This document shows positions 33,353-43,662 of a stretch of DNA of 64,000 nt, one piece after another. The translations under genes and the position numbers were made by a program. Every line of letters starts with the position of its first letter. Positions within the stretch are counted from its first letter, which is position 1. Origin of the DNA: Prasinococcaceae sp. CCMP 1430 (taxonomy: Eukaryota > Plantae > Prasinodermophyta); contig RQSC01000523.1 in the NCBI GenBank assembly GCA_013416795.1, forward strand, positions 9,494 through 73,493, given 5' to 3'. Below the pieces are notes generated by a model. The model did not search any database. It was not told where the DNA came from and was given only the letters and a program-made list of their open reading frames with translations.

Positions 33353-35041
33353 TCAGGAAGCCTCCGCGGCCGGCGTCTGTGGCGCCGCGCCGTGCTTGTT
33401 GTCGGGGCGCCGGCGTTTGGCATCGATCGTGAAACCGTTGTCGCCTCCGCGCCGCAAATTGAACACGCGGTCGCGCCACGCCCGCGGCGAATCGCCGGGC
33501 TTGGTACCATCCACGCCATCAGGCACGACCCAGTCGACGGTCAGTAGCATAGCACTCAAGAGAATGAGCAGCTCGTTGGTCGCCAAGACTTGGCCAGGAC
33601 ACACTCGCGGTCCGCACCCAAAGGGCGTGAAGTTGGATCCGAAGGCCTTGCTGCCTCGCGCCACGCTCGAGCTCGCAGGAAGGCTCTCCAGCCAGGGGAG
33701 CCAGCGGCGCGGGTCGAACGCATCTGCATCGTCCCACGCCCCACCGTCAGGGCGAGACATCTCGTTGAGCGCACTCCCTGAGAATAGAATCACGGTGTGG
33801 CCCTTGGGGATGTGAAATCCACCCACAACCAGGTCGTCGACGATGACCTCGCGGAAGGCAAATGGGACCACAACCCAGAAACGCAGCGTTTCGAGCACGG
33901 TGGCGTTGAGCAGGGTGGCCGCCGCCAGCCCGTCCGGCGTGATTTCCGCGGTGACGTCCTCGATTGTGGCGCCCTCCTGCGCCGCTTTGGCAGCTGCGGC
34001 GGGCATCGCCGCCTCAACATCCGCGCGCAGCGCAGCCGTGAGCTCCGGCATGGCGTAGAGCTCGGGAAGGATGGCGCTCAGGCTCGCGGCGGTCGTCTCG
34101 ATGCCACCAAATAGCATGTTCGTGATAAAGCCCTTCAGCCACGCAACGTCCACGCCCTCAACGCCCTCCGCCGCGGCGGCGCGCGCCAGGCGCCCGGCCA
34201 TGCCGTCGCCCTCGAAGCTCTCCCCAGCCTCGGCGCGCGCAAGCACGCGCCGCAGAGGGGCGTCGAGGATGTCGTCGATCACGCGCCTGCCTGCGTCCGC
34301 TGCGGCGCGCTCGGGGAACAGAGCAGACGAGAGCCACGACACGTCCACGCCCGGCAGGTGCGTGCACTCGAGCTTCGGAGAAAAGAGGCCCTTGGACACC
34401 GCATCGAAGCCCTCCTGCATGCTCGCAATCTGATCATCGCTCAAATTCGCGTTGGGTCCCACGGCGGAGCTCACGGCTACCTCGAACGCCAGCCGGCGAC
34501 ACGCGGGGATCAGCACGGTCGGAGGGGGGGCGTGCGAAGACGCTGGCCCGGCTGCCCATCGGGCGAGATTGCGCCCGACGATGCGCTGCAGGTTGAGCCA
34601 ATTGTCCGGCGCTTCGAGCGTTGCCGAGCTGATCGCGCCGGCGACCGCGCGCCGCGCCCGGCGGTGCTCGTCGCCAGAGAGGTTGAGCAGCGCGCCCTCG
34701 GGGCCAAGCAGCTCCACCAACGACGACGGCCACGCCGAGCGCACGGCGGTATCCTCGCGATTGAAGAGCTTGCGCACGTCCTCACCGCCGACGACAACGG
34801 TCACGCCTTCGGTGCTGAGGAGCGGCAGCGAGAGCTCAAACACCTCCACCGCATCTCCCTCGTCGCCACCAATTTCTCCTACGCCTCGGGCCGTGCGCAC
34901 CGCTTCCGCTCCCGAGATGCACACCCGGTTGATGCCCACACCGAAGCCCTCCTCGAGCGACGCGAGGGTATGACCAAGCAGAGGCAGCCCGCCGGGCGCG
35001 AGCGGGGGGCGCGGCGCCGGCAGCGCTGGGCTCGCGGCGGC

Positions 35042-35043
<2 letters not shown>
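33353..35043 (-). CDS. Cytochrome P450 (CYP120/CYP26-like); start and membrane anchor obscured by poly-G run
   Basis: PGGLPLLGHTL, LFGGIETTA (I helix), ETLR (ExxR), FDPRRW, FTPFGCGPRVCPG (heme Cys). Confidence 0.92.

Positions 35044-35093
<50 letters not shown>
35044..35093. repeat. 50-nt G homopolymer, probable assembly artefact
   Basis: Pure G run exactly where the P450 ATG and anchor should lie. Confidence 0.9.
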
Positions 35094-35094
<1 letters not shown>

Positions 35095-35527
35095 GGCGTG
35101 TGTGCAAGCGCGTGTGGCTGTGGGACCGCCGCGCGCGTTCGATGCGGCGCTGCTTCGCGCCCGCGCCAAATCGTTGCACGCGAACCAGTTGACAGGCGCC
35201 CCCAACAATCCCAAACCGCAATGCATTGCATTGCCCCTCCCGGGTGTGGCATCGACGCGCGAAGATGGGAGTGCTTGTGTCAACTACTTGTCTCGTGTGA
35301 TACCAAGTCATGCCGCAAGTCATCACCCCTCGACGGTGTGGTGGCACGTAGACCGCCGCGATGATGCCAGCCATGAAGGAAAGCGAGAAGAGCCCTCGCG
35401 GCGATCACAAGCGGGAGCGTGGGCCCACCACACGCGAGCTCAACAGCGGGGCGCTGGTGGCATTGAGAGGGCGCCTCAAAAGCAGCGGGCCGTCCTCTAG
35501 CTAGGACAGTAGTACTTGTACAACATA

Positions 35528-38500
35528 TTACACATCATCCAACGCCCCGCCTTGGTCCCCAATGCGATCAAGCACGCCGCTGGCGAAAGCGCGAGAGACG
35601 CGCAGCCTCACCACGCCGTCGCCATGCACTCTCGCAGCCAGCCACTGCGGTGCGCCCCCGTGCGAGTCGTCGCCGCCGGCCGCGCTGGTGCCTGCGGGCG
35701 TGGAGCGAATGCAGACGCTGTGGTCGGTGCTGCCCTCGCCCTTCCACGCGTTGCGCCGCGGCGGCAACTCGCCGCGCAGCAACAGCCCACCATGGCGGCC
35801 AGCGCCGCAGAGCGCACCGTCGAGAGCGGCCGCTTTCGACGGCATATCGCCCGCGCCCACCTCGAGGCTTTCCAGCGCTCGCACTGTGGCGGCAGCTCCG
35901 AGCGCCACCACGCAGAGCGCGCGCGCCTCGCAAAGCGCCCCAAGGAGCGCAGCGCCCTCTTGCAACGGCAGCCATCCGCACGAGGAGACGTCGTCGGCCC
36001 GTGGCGCGTCATCCGCACAGAGAGCGCCACCAGGGCAGTTGTCGTCGTTCGAAAGGTCCAGCTCGAAGACGGCAGCGCCGACTCCGAGGACGCCTCCGCA
36101 CGCACGGCCGACCGACTCGAGAGTCGCTGCGGCCCGCGCGCTCACGATGACGAGGCGCGTCGGACGCACTGGCATGTCCTCCGCCGCAGCACCGCCATCG
36201 AACTCCGCGCGGATGCACGTGCGCGCGTGCGGCCGCTCGAGCATGGCAACGAGCTCGCCGCGCTCGAATCGCGACGTGTCGATTCCGTAGGCGTCGCAGA
36301 GTCCGGTCCACCATGCAGCCTCGCCCACCCTCTCGTACGAGCGGGCGTATTCGTAGCTCCCACTTCCGCGCACGCACACGTTCGCGGCCTCGGCCACCAT
36401 CGCGCCGCCATGCCCTGCGCCCTCGTCGTCATCGCCCGCCGGCTCTATCCGGGCATGGCTGGGGGGCATGGGCGCAAGCTTGCGCAGCAGCGCCACGAAG
36501 CGCCCCGAGCCGATGATCTTGTGCGGCAGCACGCGCATGCAGTCGAGCAGCACATCACTCTCGACCTCTTCAACCTCATGCACCCCACCACCGTAGCTCT
36601 GCGGGAACATGGTGCGCATGAGCGGCCCCTTGGGCGCCCTGTGATGCGCCGCCACATCCTCCCAGCGCTCGTACATACGAAAGAGGCTCAGCCCGCCGGG
36701 GTCGGGCACTAGCCAGCTCGTGAGCCCTGGCGCGCGCTCGAGTCCCAGCAGGTCGTTCTGGCCACTCGGCGGCGGCGCGAGCTCACACGTGCCGCCCGCG
36801 CGCCGCAGCGCCGCGAGCACCACCGCCTCGTTTTCCACCGGGTTGAAGCTCGAGGTGGTGTACGACACGAGGCCGCCCACTGCGCACCTGTGCAGCGCGC
36901 ACTCGAGCATGTCGAGCTGCGCGGCGTGATGCGCAAGGCAGTCCGTCGCCCTCCACGAAGCCCAAAGCTCGGGGCGCACGCGAAGGTCGCCGTCGGCAGT
37001 AGACGCCGGGGCACACAGCACGCGGTCGAAGCGCAGCGATGGCGGCGCCGCGCGAAGCACGCACGCGCAGAGCGCCAACGCGTGCGGTGCGCCCGTCTCG
37101 CGCAGCGCACGCGTGCGAACCATCACGCGCGGGCCGCTGGGACCTTCGGCGGCGGCCAACGCTGCCTCGTCGGCGCAGGTCGCGCTGCCTTCCGCGGCCG
37201 CGGCCGCGGCCGCATCCATGCCCTCTCTCTCGCGCGCGGTGGGCTGCGCGCGCTCCAACGTCGACGTGGCGAGCACCACCGCGCCTGTCACAGCCTCGTC
37301 GCCCCCAGCGAGGAAGGCCATCGCGTGCGCCGCCTGCAGCGCGCCACCGGTGCCCTCGTGCTCGGCAGCTGCCTCGCGCGCGGCCACACCGCTGGCCGGT
37401 GCCTCATCGAGCACCAGGGTTGCTTGTGCGGGGCCGGGCGCGAGCAGCGCGACGGGAAGCGCCGCCGCCGCGTCCTGAAAGGCGAGGTCGCCCGCGGCGG
37501 CCGCGCCGCGGCACATCCGCCGCAGCTGCGGCGAGCACTGGTAGTTGTACTGCGTGACCTTCCACACGCTCGCGGGCGCCGCCCAACGCACGCGCGTCCA
37601 GCGCGGGTCGGAACGCAGATCGCGCTCGAGCGCCGAACCCGGCGTGGCGTCGCGCAGGCGCACCGCTGCGGGGCTCGGGCGACGCAGCTCGTGTTCGAGC
37701 GCCTCCCACTCCTGCTCGTCCTCTGCGATGCGCTGTGCGCGGTAGTACACGCTGAAAGCCGCGCTCGAGCGCTCGGGGTCGGGCAGGTCGGCGAGTTGGT
37801 CGTCCGCAGGGAGCAAGTGCGACAGATCGGCGCCGAGCGCTTGGCCCTCGGCGCCCCCAGGCGCGCCGCCGGCGCCGCCCAGCGCGGCGCGCGCGGCCCG
37901 CTCGGCCGCGGCGAGCCGTGCCGCGAGCCCTGCAAAGCCGTTGAGGCGCGCGAGCTCCGCCGGCGAGATGCCCGAGCGATCCCTCGCGAGCAGCTGGCGC
38001 GCGCCAACGTTGGGCACCTCGGCCCCGAGCATCCACTCGACGAGGCCCGCGTGGCCATTCCACGCGGCCTTGCACAGCCCGCAGTGCCCCTGCTGGTTGC
38101 GCAGCGAGAAGTCAAGGCCGCGCTCAAGCAGCCAGCGGCACATCGCCACATCGCCCGCGGACGCCGCCCAGTGGACGGCGCTACAGCCCCAGCGGTTGAG
38201 CGCGTGGCGGTCCACGCCCACGCGCAGCGCCCAGTCTGCGGCGCCGACGTGCGCGCCGAAGACGGCCCAGTGGAAGGCGTTCACGCCGTCCTTGGTCGCG
38301 GCGTGCACGTCGGCGCCGCGCGCTGCGAGCAGCGCGCACGCGTCCTCTTTGCCGTTGCGCGCCGCCCAGTGCAGCGGCGTGCGCCCCGTGCGATTGGGCG
38401 CGTCGACGATCGCGCCCGCCGCCAGGAGCGCCTCGCACGCGCGCAGCTCGCCCGCTCCCGCGGCCCAGCACAGCGCAGATGAGCCGTGGCGGTCGGTCGT

Positions 38501-39031
38501 CTCCGGATCCCATCCCCTCGCGAGGAGCTCGGCCAGCCGCGCAACGTCGCCCGTGCTCGCTGCGTGCAGCCCGCAGCCGGGGTCGTCCGCGCTCTCGAAC
38601 TGCGCGGCAGCGCCCTCGCGGCGTGCTCGCGCTCGGCGCTCTCGCGCGGCGGCGGCGCGCGCCACGCGCTCCGCCTTGGCGCGCGCCTTCTCTCTCTTGC
38701 GCTCGCGCTTCGCCGCCTGCTTGGCCTCCTCGCACGTGGGCTTCGAGCTCGACGGCGCGTCGGTCGCTTCCGCCTCCTCCTCCTCCTCACCCTCCTCCGC
38801 CGCCACGGCGTTGGTGCCGCTGCCGCCCCCCGCGTACCCGCGCGCCGCGGCGGCGGCCGCGAGGTACTCGTCGGCGCCGGCGACCTCCGCGCGCACCAGC
38901 TCAACTTCGAGGACGACCTCCCCGGGTTGAGCGAGGACAGCAAGCGCATGCTGCGGTGGCACCGCGAGCGCGCGGCGGCGCAACGCGGTGGCCACGCGCG
39001 CCACTCGGGTGGCAACTCGANGCGAGGCCAA
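35528..39031 (-). CDS. Ankyrin-repeat protein fused to a degenerate NSUN2/Trm4-like m5C methyltransferase domain; start uncertain
   Basis: Ankyrin repeats at ~38000-38560 (HGSSALCWAAGAG, GRTPLHWAARNG, GVNAFHWAVFG, WGCSAVHWAASAG); RsmB/NOL1/NSUN region FQDAAAALPVALL, FDRVLCAPASTADG, GGLVSYTTSSFNPVENEAVV, DCMRVLPH..GRFVALLRK; ORF-track start is TTG beside a lone N at 39021. Confidence 0.85.
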   Translation of the reverse strand: MASXRVATRVARVATALRRRALAVPPQHALAVLAQPGEVVLEVELVRAEVAGADEYLAAAAAARGYAGGGSGTNAVAAEEGEEEEEAEATDAPSSSKPTCEEAKQAAKRERKREKARAKAERVARAAAARERRARARREGAAAQFESADDPGCGLHAASTGDVARLAELLARGWDPETTDRHGSSALCWAAGAGELRACEALLAAGAIVDAPNRTGRTPLHWAARNGKEDACALLAARGADVHAATKDGVNAFHWAVFGAHVGAADWALRVGVDRHALNRWGCSAVHWAASAGDVAMCRWLLERGLDFSLRNQQGHCGLCKAAWNGHAGLVEWMLGAEVPNVGARQLLARDRSGISPAELARLNGFAGLAARLAAAERAARAALGGAGGAPGGAEGQALGADLSHLLPADDQLADLPDPERSSAAFSVYYRAQRIAEDEQEWEALEHELRRPSPAAVRLRDATPGSALERDLRSDPRWTRVRWAAPASVWKVTQYNYQCSPQLRRMCRGAAAAGDLAFQDAAAALPVALLAPGPAQATLVLDEAPASGVAAREAAAEHEGTGGALQAAHAMAFLAGGDEAVTGAVVLATSTLERAQPTAREREGMDAAAAAAAEGSATCADEAALAAAEGPSGPRVMVRTRALRETGAPHALALCACVLRAAPPSLRFDRVLCAPASTADGDLRVRPELWASWRATDCLAHHAAQLDMLECALHRCAVGGLVSYTTSSFNPVENEAVVLAALRRAGGTCELAPPPSGQNDLLGLERAPGLTSWLVPDPGGLSLFRMYERWEDVAAHHRAPKGPLMRTMFPQSYGGGVHEVEEVESDVLLDCMRVLPHKIIGSGRFVALLRKLAPMPPSHARIEPAGDDDEGAGHGGAMVAEAANVCVRGSGSYEYARSYERVGEAAWWTGLCDAYGIDTSRFERGELVAMLERPHARTCIRAEFDGGAAAEDMPVRPTRLVIVSARAAATLESVGRACGGVLGVGAAVFELDLSNDDNCPGGALCADDAPRADDVSSCGWLPLQEGAALLGALCEARALCVVALGAAATVRALESLEVGAGDMPSKAAALDGALCGAGRHGGLLLRGELPPRRNAWKGEGSTDHSVCIRSTPAGTSAAGGDDSHGGAPQWLAARVHGDGVVRLRVSRAFASGVLDRIGDQGGALDDV
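38867..38980 (+). other. Probable foreign coding fragment antisense to the ankyrin-NSUN 5' end
   Basis: LVGAGDLRAHQLNFEDDLPGLSEDSKRMLRWHRERAAA; all 38 + strand codons end in G/C, while the minus reading has 7 A/T third positions. Confidence 0.45.
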
Positions 39032-39193
39032 GGGAGGGAGAGAGGGGCAGCGTGGTGCGCGCGCCGGCGCGGCGAGGGGGCAGCGCCCTCCGCCCTCTGG
39101 ACCTCAGACATGCGCAGTTTGCCAGTATCGATACACGGTACCGCACGATTATCGAAAGGGGCGCGGCGCAGCGGCCGGCGCGGCGCGGCGCTC

Positions 39194-40465
39194 CTACGGC
39201 GGCGTGATGCGGCCGAGCACCTCGAGGAGCTTGTCGGTCTGCTCGGGCTTACCGACGGAAATGCGCACGTAGCCCGAGAGGATGGCCTTGTCGTAGTGGC
39301 GCACCATGACGCCCTCCGCCGCGAGCGCGTCCTTGAGGTCCTTGGCCGTCCAGGGGGCCTTGACGCTCATCAGCACGAAGTTGGCCTCCGAGGGGTACGG
39401 CTCGAGGAAGTCGAGCTGCTTCAGCCCGGCGTACATGCGCTCGCGCTCGCTCACCAGCGCGTCCTTGACCTCCTTGAGGTACTTGGGATTGGAGAGCGCC
39501 GCCATGCCCGCCACCTGCGCGGCCACGCTCACGTTGTACGGCTGCTTGGCGCGCCACAGGAACGGCGCCAGGCTGGCCGGGAAGGCGCCGTAGCCCAGCC
39601 GCAGGCCAGCGAGCCCGGCGCGCTTGGAGAACGTGCGCAGCACGATCAGGTTGCTGTACTCCTCCACCCACGAGATCCGGCTCGGCGAGCTGCCGAACTC
39701 GACGTACGCCTCGTCGAGCACCACGATGCACGGCAGCTGCAGCAGCTCCAGGATGTCCTCCTCGGACATCACCGAGCCGTCGGGGTTGTTGGGGCTCGTC
39801 AGGAAGACGAGCTTGGCGTTGGTGCGCGCCACCGCGTCCTTGACGCCCTGCACGTCCACCGAGAAGTCCTCGTTTCGCGGCACCGTCTCCACCTTGGCGG
39901 CGTTCACGTCGGCGTCGAAGGCGTACATGGTGAACGTCGGCGGGGTGTCGATGACCGTGTCCCCCGGCTCGAGCACCACGCGCATGAGCAGGTCGATGAG
40001 CTCATCGGCGCCGCATCCCACCAGCAGCAGCTCCGGGTCCACGCCGCAGTCTGCGGCGAGTGCCTCGCGCAGCTGGGTGCAGGCGGGGTCGGGGTAGATC
40101 TCCGGGAAGCTCATCGAGCCGAGGGCCTCGAGCACCTCCGGCGGCGGGCCGTAGGGGTTCTCGTTGGCGTCGAGCTTGACGATGTCCTCGGGCGCTCGCC
40201 CCAGCTGGCGGCTGAGCACCTCGAACGGCAGGATGGGCGTGTACGGCTTCATCTCGCGCAGGTGGGGCCGCACGAGCGCCGCCGCGTCACAGCCGCCCTT
40301 CATGGCCGGCTCTGCCACGCACCGCGCCCGCGCGCGCCGCGCGCCCGCCGCCGCACGCGAGCGCGTGCGCGAGCGCGAGGGCGTGCGCCGCGCGCGCGCA
40401 CTGTGGTGCGCCGCCGCGCTCGCGCTGAACCCCGCGCGCATCCCCCCGCCACAAAAGGCTCGCAT
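39194..40465 (-). CDS. HISN6: Histidinol-phosphate aminotransferase with plastid transit peptide
   Basis: KLDANENPYG, LLVGCGADELID, FLTSPNNPDG, VVLDEAYVEF, VLRTFSKRAGLAGLRLGY (PLP Lys), RISVG; Arg/Ala/Ser-rich N-terminus; ATG at 40465 or 40441. Confidence 0.95.
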   Translation of the reverse strand: MRAFCGGGMRAGFSASAAAHHSARARRTPSRSRTRSRAAAGARRARARCVAEPAMKGGCDAAALVRPHLREMKPYTPILPFEVLSRQLGRAPEDIVKLDANENPYGPPPEVLEALGSMSFPEIYPDPACTQLREALAADCGVDPELLLVGCGADELIDLLMRVVLEPGDTVIDTPPTFTMYAFDADVNAAKVETVPRNEDFSVDVQGVKDAVARTNAKLVFLTSPNNPDGSVMSEEDILELLQLPCIVVLDEAYVEFGSSPSRISWVEEYSNLIVLRTFSKRAGLAGLRLGYGAFPASLAPFLWRAKQPYNVSVAAQVAGMAALSNPKYLKEVKDALVSERERMYAGLKQLDFLEPYPSEANFVLMSVKAPWTAKDLKDALAAEGVMVRHYDKAILSGYVRISVGKPEQTDKLLEVLGRITPP

Positions 40466-40840
40466 GAATGCATCCAGACACACATTGGATTCCATAAGAT
40501 ACCGCATCAAACCTCGAAACCTTCGGGTGTGGATTCCGTGCGCCGACAGCCCTATGATCTTGACGGCGGGCGCGTGCCTGCGATGCATGCAAGGCGGGCA
40601 GCCTTTGCGCCCTCCTTCTTGTGCGTGTGTCAGTGGGCTGGGTGAGATCTGATCTCGTCGGGCCTGGCTGGCCATTGGCGCTGGCGCTGCTGCGGGCTCG
40701 CGCCACACACGCGCTCGCGCGGGGCGTGGGACGGGGCCGAGGGGCGGGGCGATCGCGCGAGGCGGGGCGGGCAGAGGTGGGGGAAGGTCAGCGGTCGCTC
40801 GACCGCGGCGCTCGCGCGGCCGCCGGAGCCCGCGCGCGCC

Positions 40841-42028
40841 ATGGTGGCCGCCGGGGACGCGTTCGAGGACGCCGAAGAGTACCTCGCGCCGACGCTGGAC
40901 GCGCTGGTCGACGCGTCGAGCGGCCTGCGCTGGGTGTTCGTCGGCGGCAAGGGCGGGGTCGGCAAGACGACGACGGCCTGCTCGCTAGCGCTGCGCCTCG
41001 CGGCGGTGCGGCGCTCGGTGCTGCTCATCTCGACCGACCCGGCGCATAACGTCAGCGACGCGTTCCGGCAGAAGGTCGGCCGGCATCCGACCAAGGTGGA
41101 GGGGGTGGACAACCTGTTCGCGATGGAGGTCGACCCCACGCCGGATCCCGCCGAGATCGAGCAGGCGGGCGCGGCGGGGGGCCTGCTGACTGACCTCGCG
41201 GGCAGCGTGCCGGGCATCGATGAGGCGATGAGCTTCGCCGAGGTGCTCAAATTGGTTCAGTCGCTAGACTATGAAACGGTCGTGTTCGACACGGCGCCAA
41301 CGGGCCACACGCTGCGGCTGCTGCACCTCCCCGACGCGCTGGAGCAGGGCCTGGGCAAGCTGCTGGGGATGACGCAGGGGCTGGGCGGCATGGTCGCGCA
41401 AATTGGGCAGATGATGGGGCTGCCCGGCCTCGAGAACGTTGAGGATCTCATGGAGCGATTCAAGGAAATGAAGGTGCGCTTCGCCCACGCCCGTGCGCGC
41501 GCGAGCCAGGGCGCGGCACCGCCGCCGCTCCTGCGCGGCCTCTGACGCTGCGCTCGGCCGTGCCTGCGCCATCCCGCCCAGGTGACCATCGAGCAGGTCA
41601 ACGCGCAATTCAAAGACCCCGCGCTCACGACCTTTGTGGCGGTGGCCATCCCCGAGTTCCTCAGCCTTTACGAGACGGAGCGCCTCGTGCAGGAGCTGAG
41701 CAAGTACGACATCGATTGCCGGAATGTCGTCGTCAATCAGGTGCTCTACCCGGGCCCAGAGGACAAGGGACCCCTGCTCGCCGCGCGTGTGGCCATGCAG
41801 AACAAGTACCTCTCGCAGTTCGAGGACCTGTACGCGGCCGATTTCCACCTCGTGCGCATGCCAATGCTGCCCGCCGAGGTTCGCGGCGTGGACGCGCTCG
41901 AGAACTTCTCGCAAATGCTCACGGACCCGGCGCGCGCCGAGGAGGGCGAGATTGCACACCAGAGCGAGGTGGATGCGCTGCGAAAGCGCGTGGCCGAGCT
42001 TGAGGCCAAGCTGGCGGACAAAGCGTGA
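40841..42028 (+). CDS. GET3: GET3/ASNA1 ATPase (tail-anchored protein insertion)
   Basis: Exons 40841-41473 and 41582-42028; GGKGGVGKTT, LLISTDPAHNVSDAF, PGIDEAMSF, VFDTAPTGHTLRLL, AIPEFLSLYETERLVQEL. Confidence 0.96.
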
Positions 42029-42100
42029 GCCAAACTACTAATATTGCTATTGCTCTAGCTATTGACTAGTCCACTAGTACGAGCTACCAGCTGAGGCTGG

Positions 42101-43331
42101 TCACTCGCGCGGCAGCCCCGCGTCCTCCGCCGCACGCTTGGCACCCGCGCCTCGCGCACGGGCGTGCTCAGAGGCCTCGTCGCCGTCCGAGTCCGACGAC
42201 AGCGCTATGACCTCCGGCGCAGCGCGGGGTCGCTCAGCGACCCTTGCCGGCAGTGCGCCTGCGTGCGCGGAGCCGTCAATGGTGCCTGCCGCGCCGCCGC
42301 CCGCGCCGCCCCTTACCCCCTTATCACGCCCGAGGAGCCGCGCGAGCGCCGCGCGTGCGGCGGCCTTGCGGCGCTCCTCTGCGGCCGCCGCCGCAACCAC
42401 GCGCTGGCGCTTGCGTCGCTGCCGCGCTCGGGAGCGCACATGTCAGCGGACATGGCGCAAACGCACTCCGCGTCCCCATCCCGTCTGCGCCACGCGATGC
42501 GTCCGCACCTGAGCTTCCTCTGCTGCTGCGTCGCACCCGCTAGAGGCACACACCGCTCCGACCGCCCCTGTCCCGACTGTCTGCGTCGCTCTTGCCGCTG
42601 TAGGCGCCGCCCACGGCAGCGCGGGGCCCCCACTGCCGCCGAGCACACGCGCGGTCCCAGCGGCACCCCAGTACGCGTTGCTGTCGCTGCCGCCAGCCAT
42701 GACGCTGTCGGGTACGAAGCCAAGCTCCTGCAGCAGCGCACGCGTACGCTCGCGGATGTGCTCGAAGCGCCGCTGCCGTGAGGCGAGGCATGCATGTCAG
42801 CAGACAGAATGCACTGCCCCCTTTGTGGCACCCATCCCATCCCATCCCATCCCACCTCCACACACGCCGCACACCAGGCACGCCTGCGCCCGCGAGCTGC
42901 GCCCTCACCTTGCCCAAGTTCTCGCCACCCCAGACGCGCGTGACGACGACGGCAACTCCGCATGCCCGCAGGGCGTTGAGCTCGGCTCGCGCGGCTGTGC
43001 CACCGCGTGGCTCGCCGTCGTCATCGAAGGCTGCTTTGAATCTCTGCTTGCCGGCCTTGGTCACGCCGTCGGGCACGCGGTAGGCGCTCATCGCGTGGTC
43101 GATGCCTGACGCCGAGGCGTACTCGCGCCGCAGCGCCGCGGTAGCACGCTCAGCCTCGCGCACGCTCCGCACCGGCCACGCCGCGCATGCGGCGAATGCC
43201 GAGCCCCGGTCGGTGACAGCATGCGTCACCGCGGAACGCAGCGTTGTCGTGGCGGTGCTGACGCCGCCCCCGCCCGCGCGAATCTGCAGCGAGGCGCGGC
43301 GCGCGATGCACGATGGGCGCCGCGCCGCCAT
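42101..43331 (-). CDS. IMPACT/UPF0029 (YigZ-like) domain protein with C-terminal extension
   Basis: Exons 43331-42909, 42772-42509, 42418-42101; HAMSAYR..FDDDGEPRGG..VAVVVTRVWGGENLGK/RRFEHIR matches the IMPACT signature; start codon tentative. Confidence 0.75.
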
Positions 43332-43662
43332 CACGCCCGCCCTCGACGGGCAAAAGGCCCAGGTGCACGCTGTGGCGCGCGCACACGAGAGGCCCCACCC
43401 ACCCACACCCGTCCGCGCCGGTGTGCACGCGGCCGGAGTGGCACCCGGGCCGCGCCGCCGCGTGTTTTGGTTTTGCGCGCAGGTCGTCGTGCAAGGCACT
43501 ATTGGTCAAGTCGAATGGGCGAATATTAGAGTTTGTCGGCGTGGGTGCACGCATGGGTGTGCACGCGCGCGCGTGTGTGGATGTGCGCGCGCGTGCGTGC
43601 GGATGTGGCTGTGGGTGTGAGTGGGGCGGTCGCAGGATGGCGTCGCCGCAGGGCATCCCTTC

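Noticed and set aside
35100-35374. ORF-track N-terminal extension of the P450 (MAGIIAAVY...)
   Set aside because: Composition and codon use are promoter-like; it is open only by chance through the poly-C reading.
41740-41830. GET3 lacks the CxxC dimerisation motif
   Set aside because: This is already known for plant-type cytosolic GET3a, so it is not novel.
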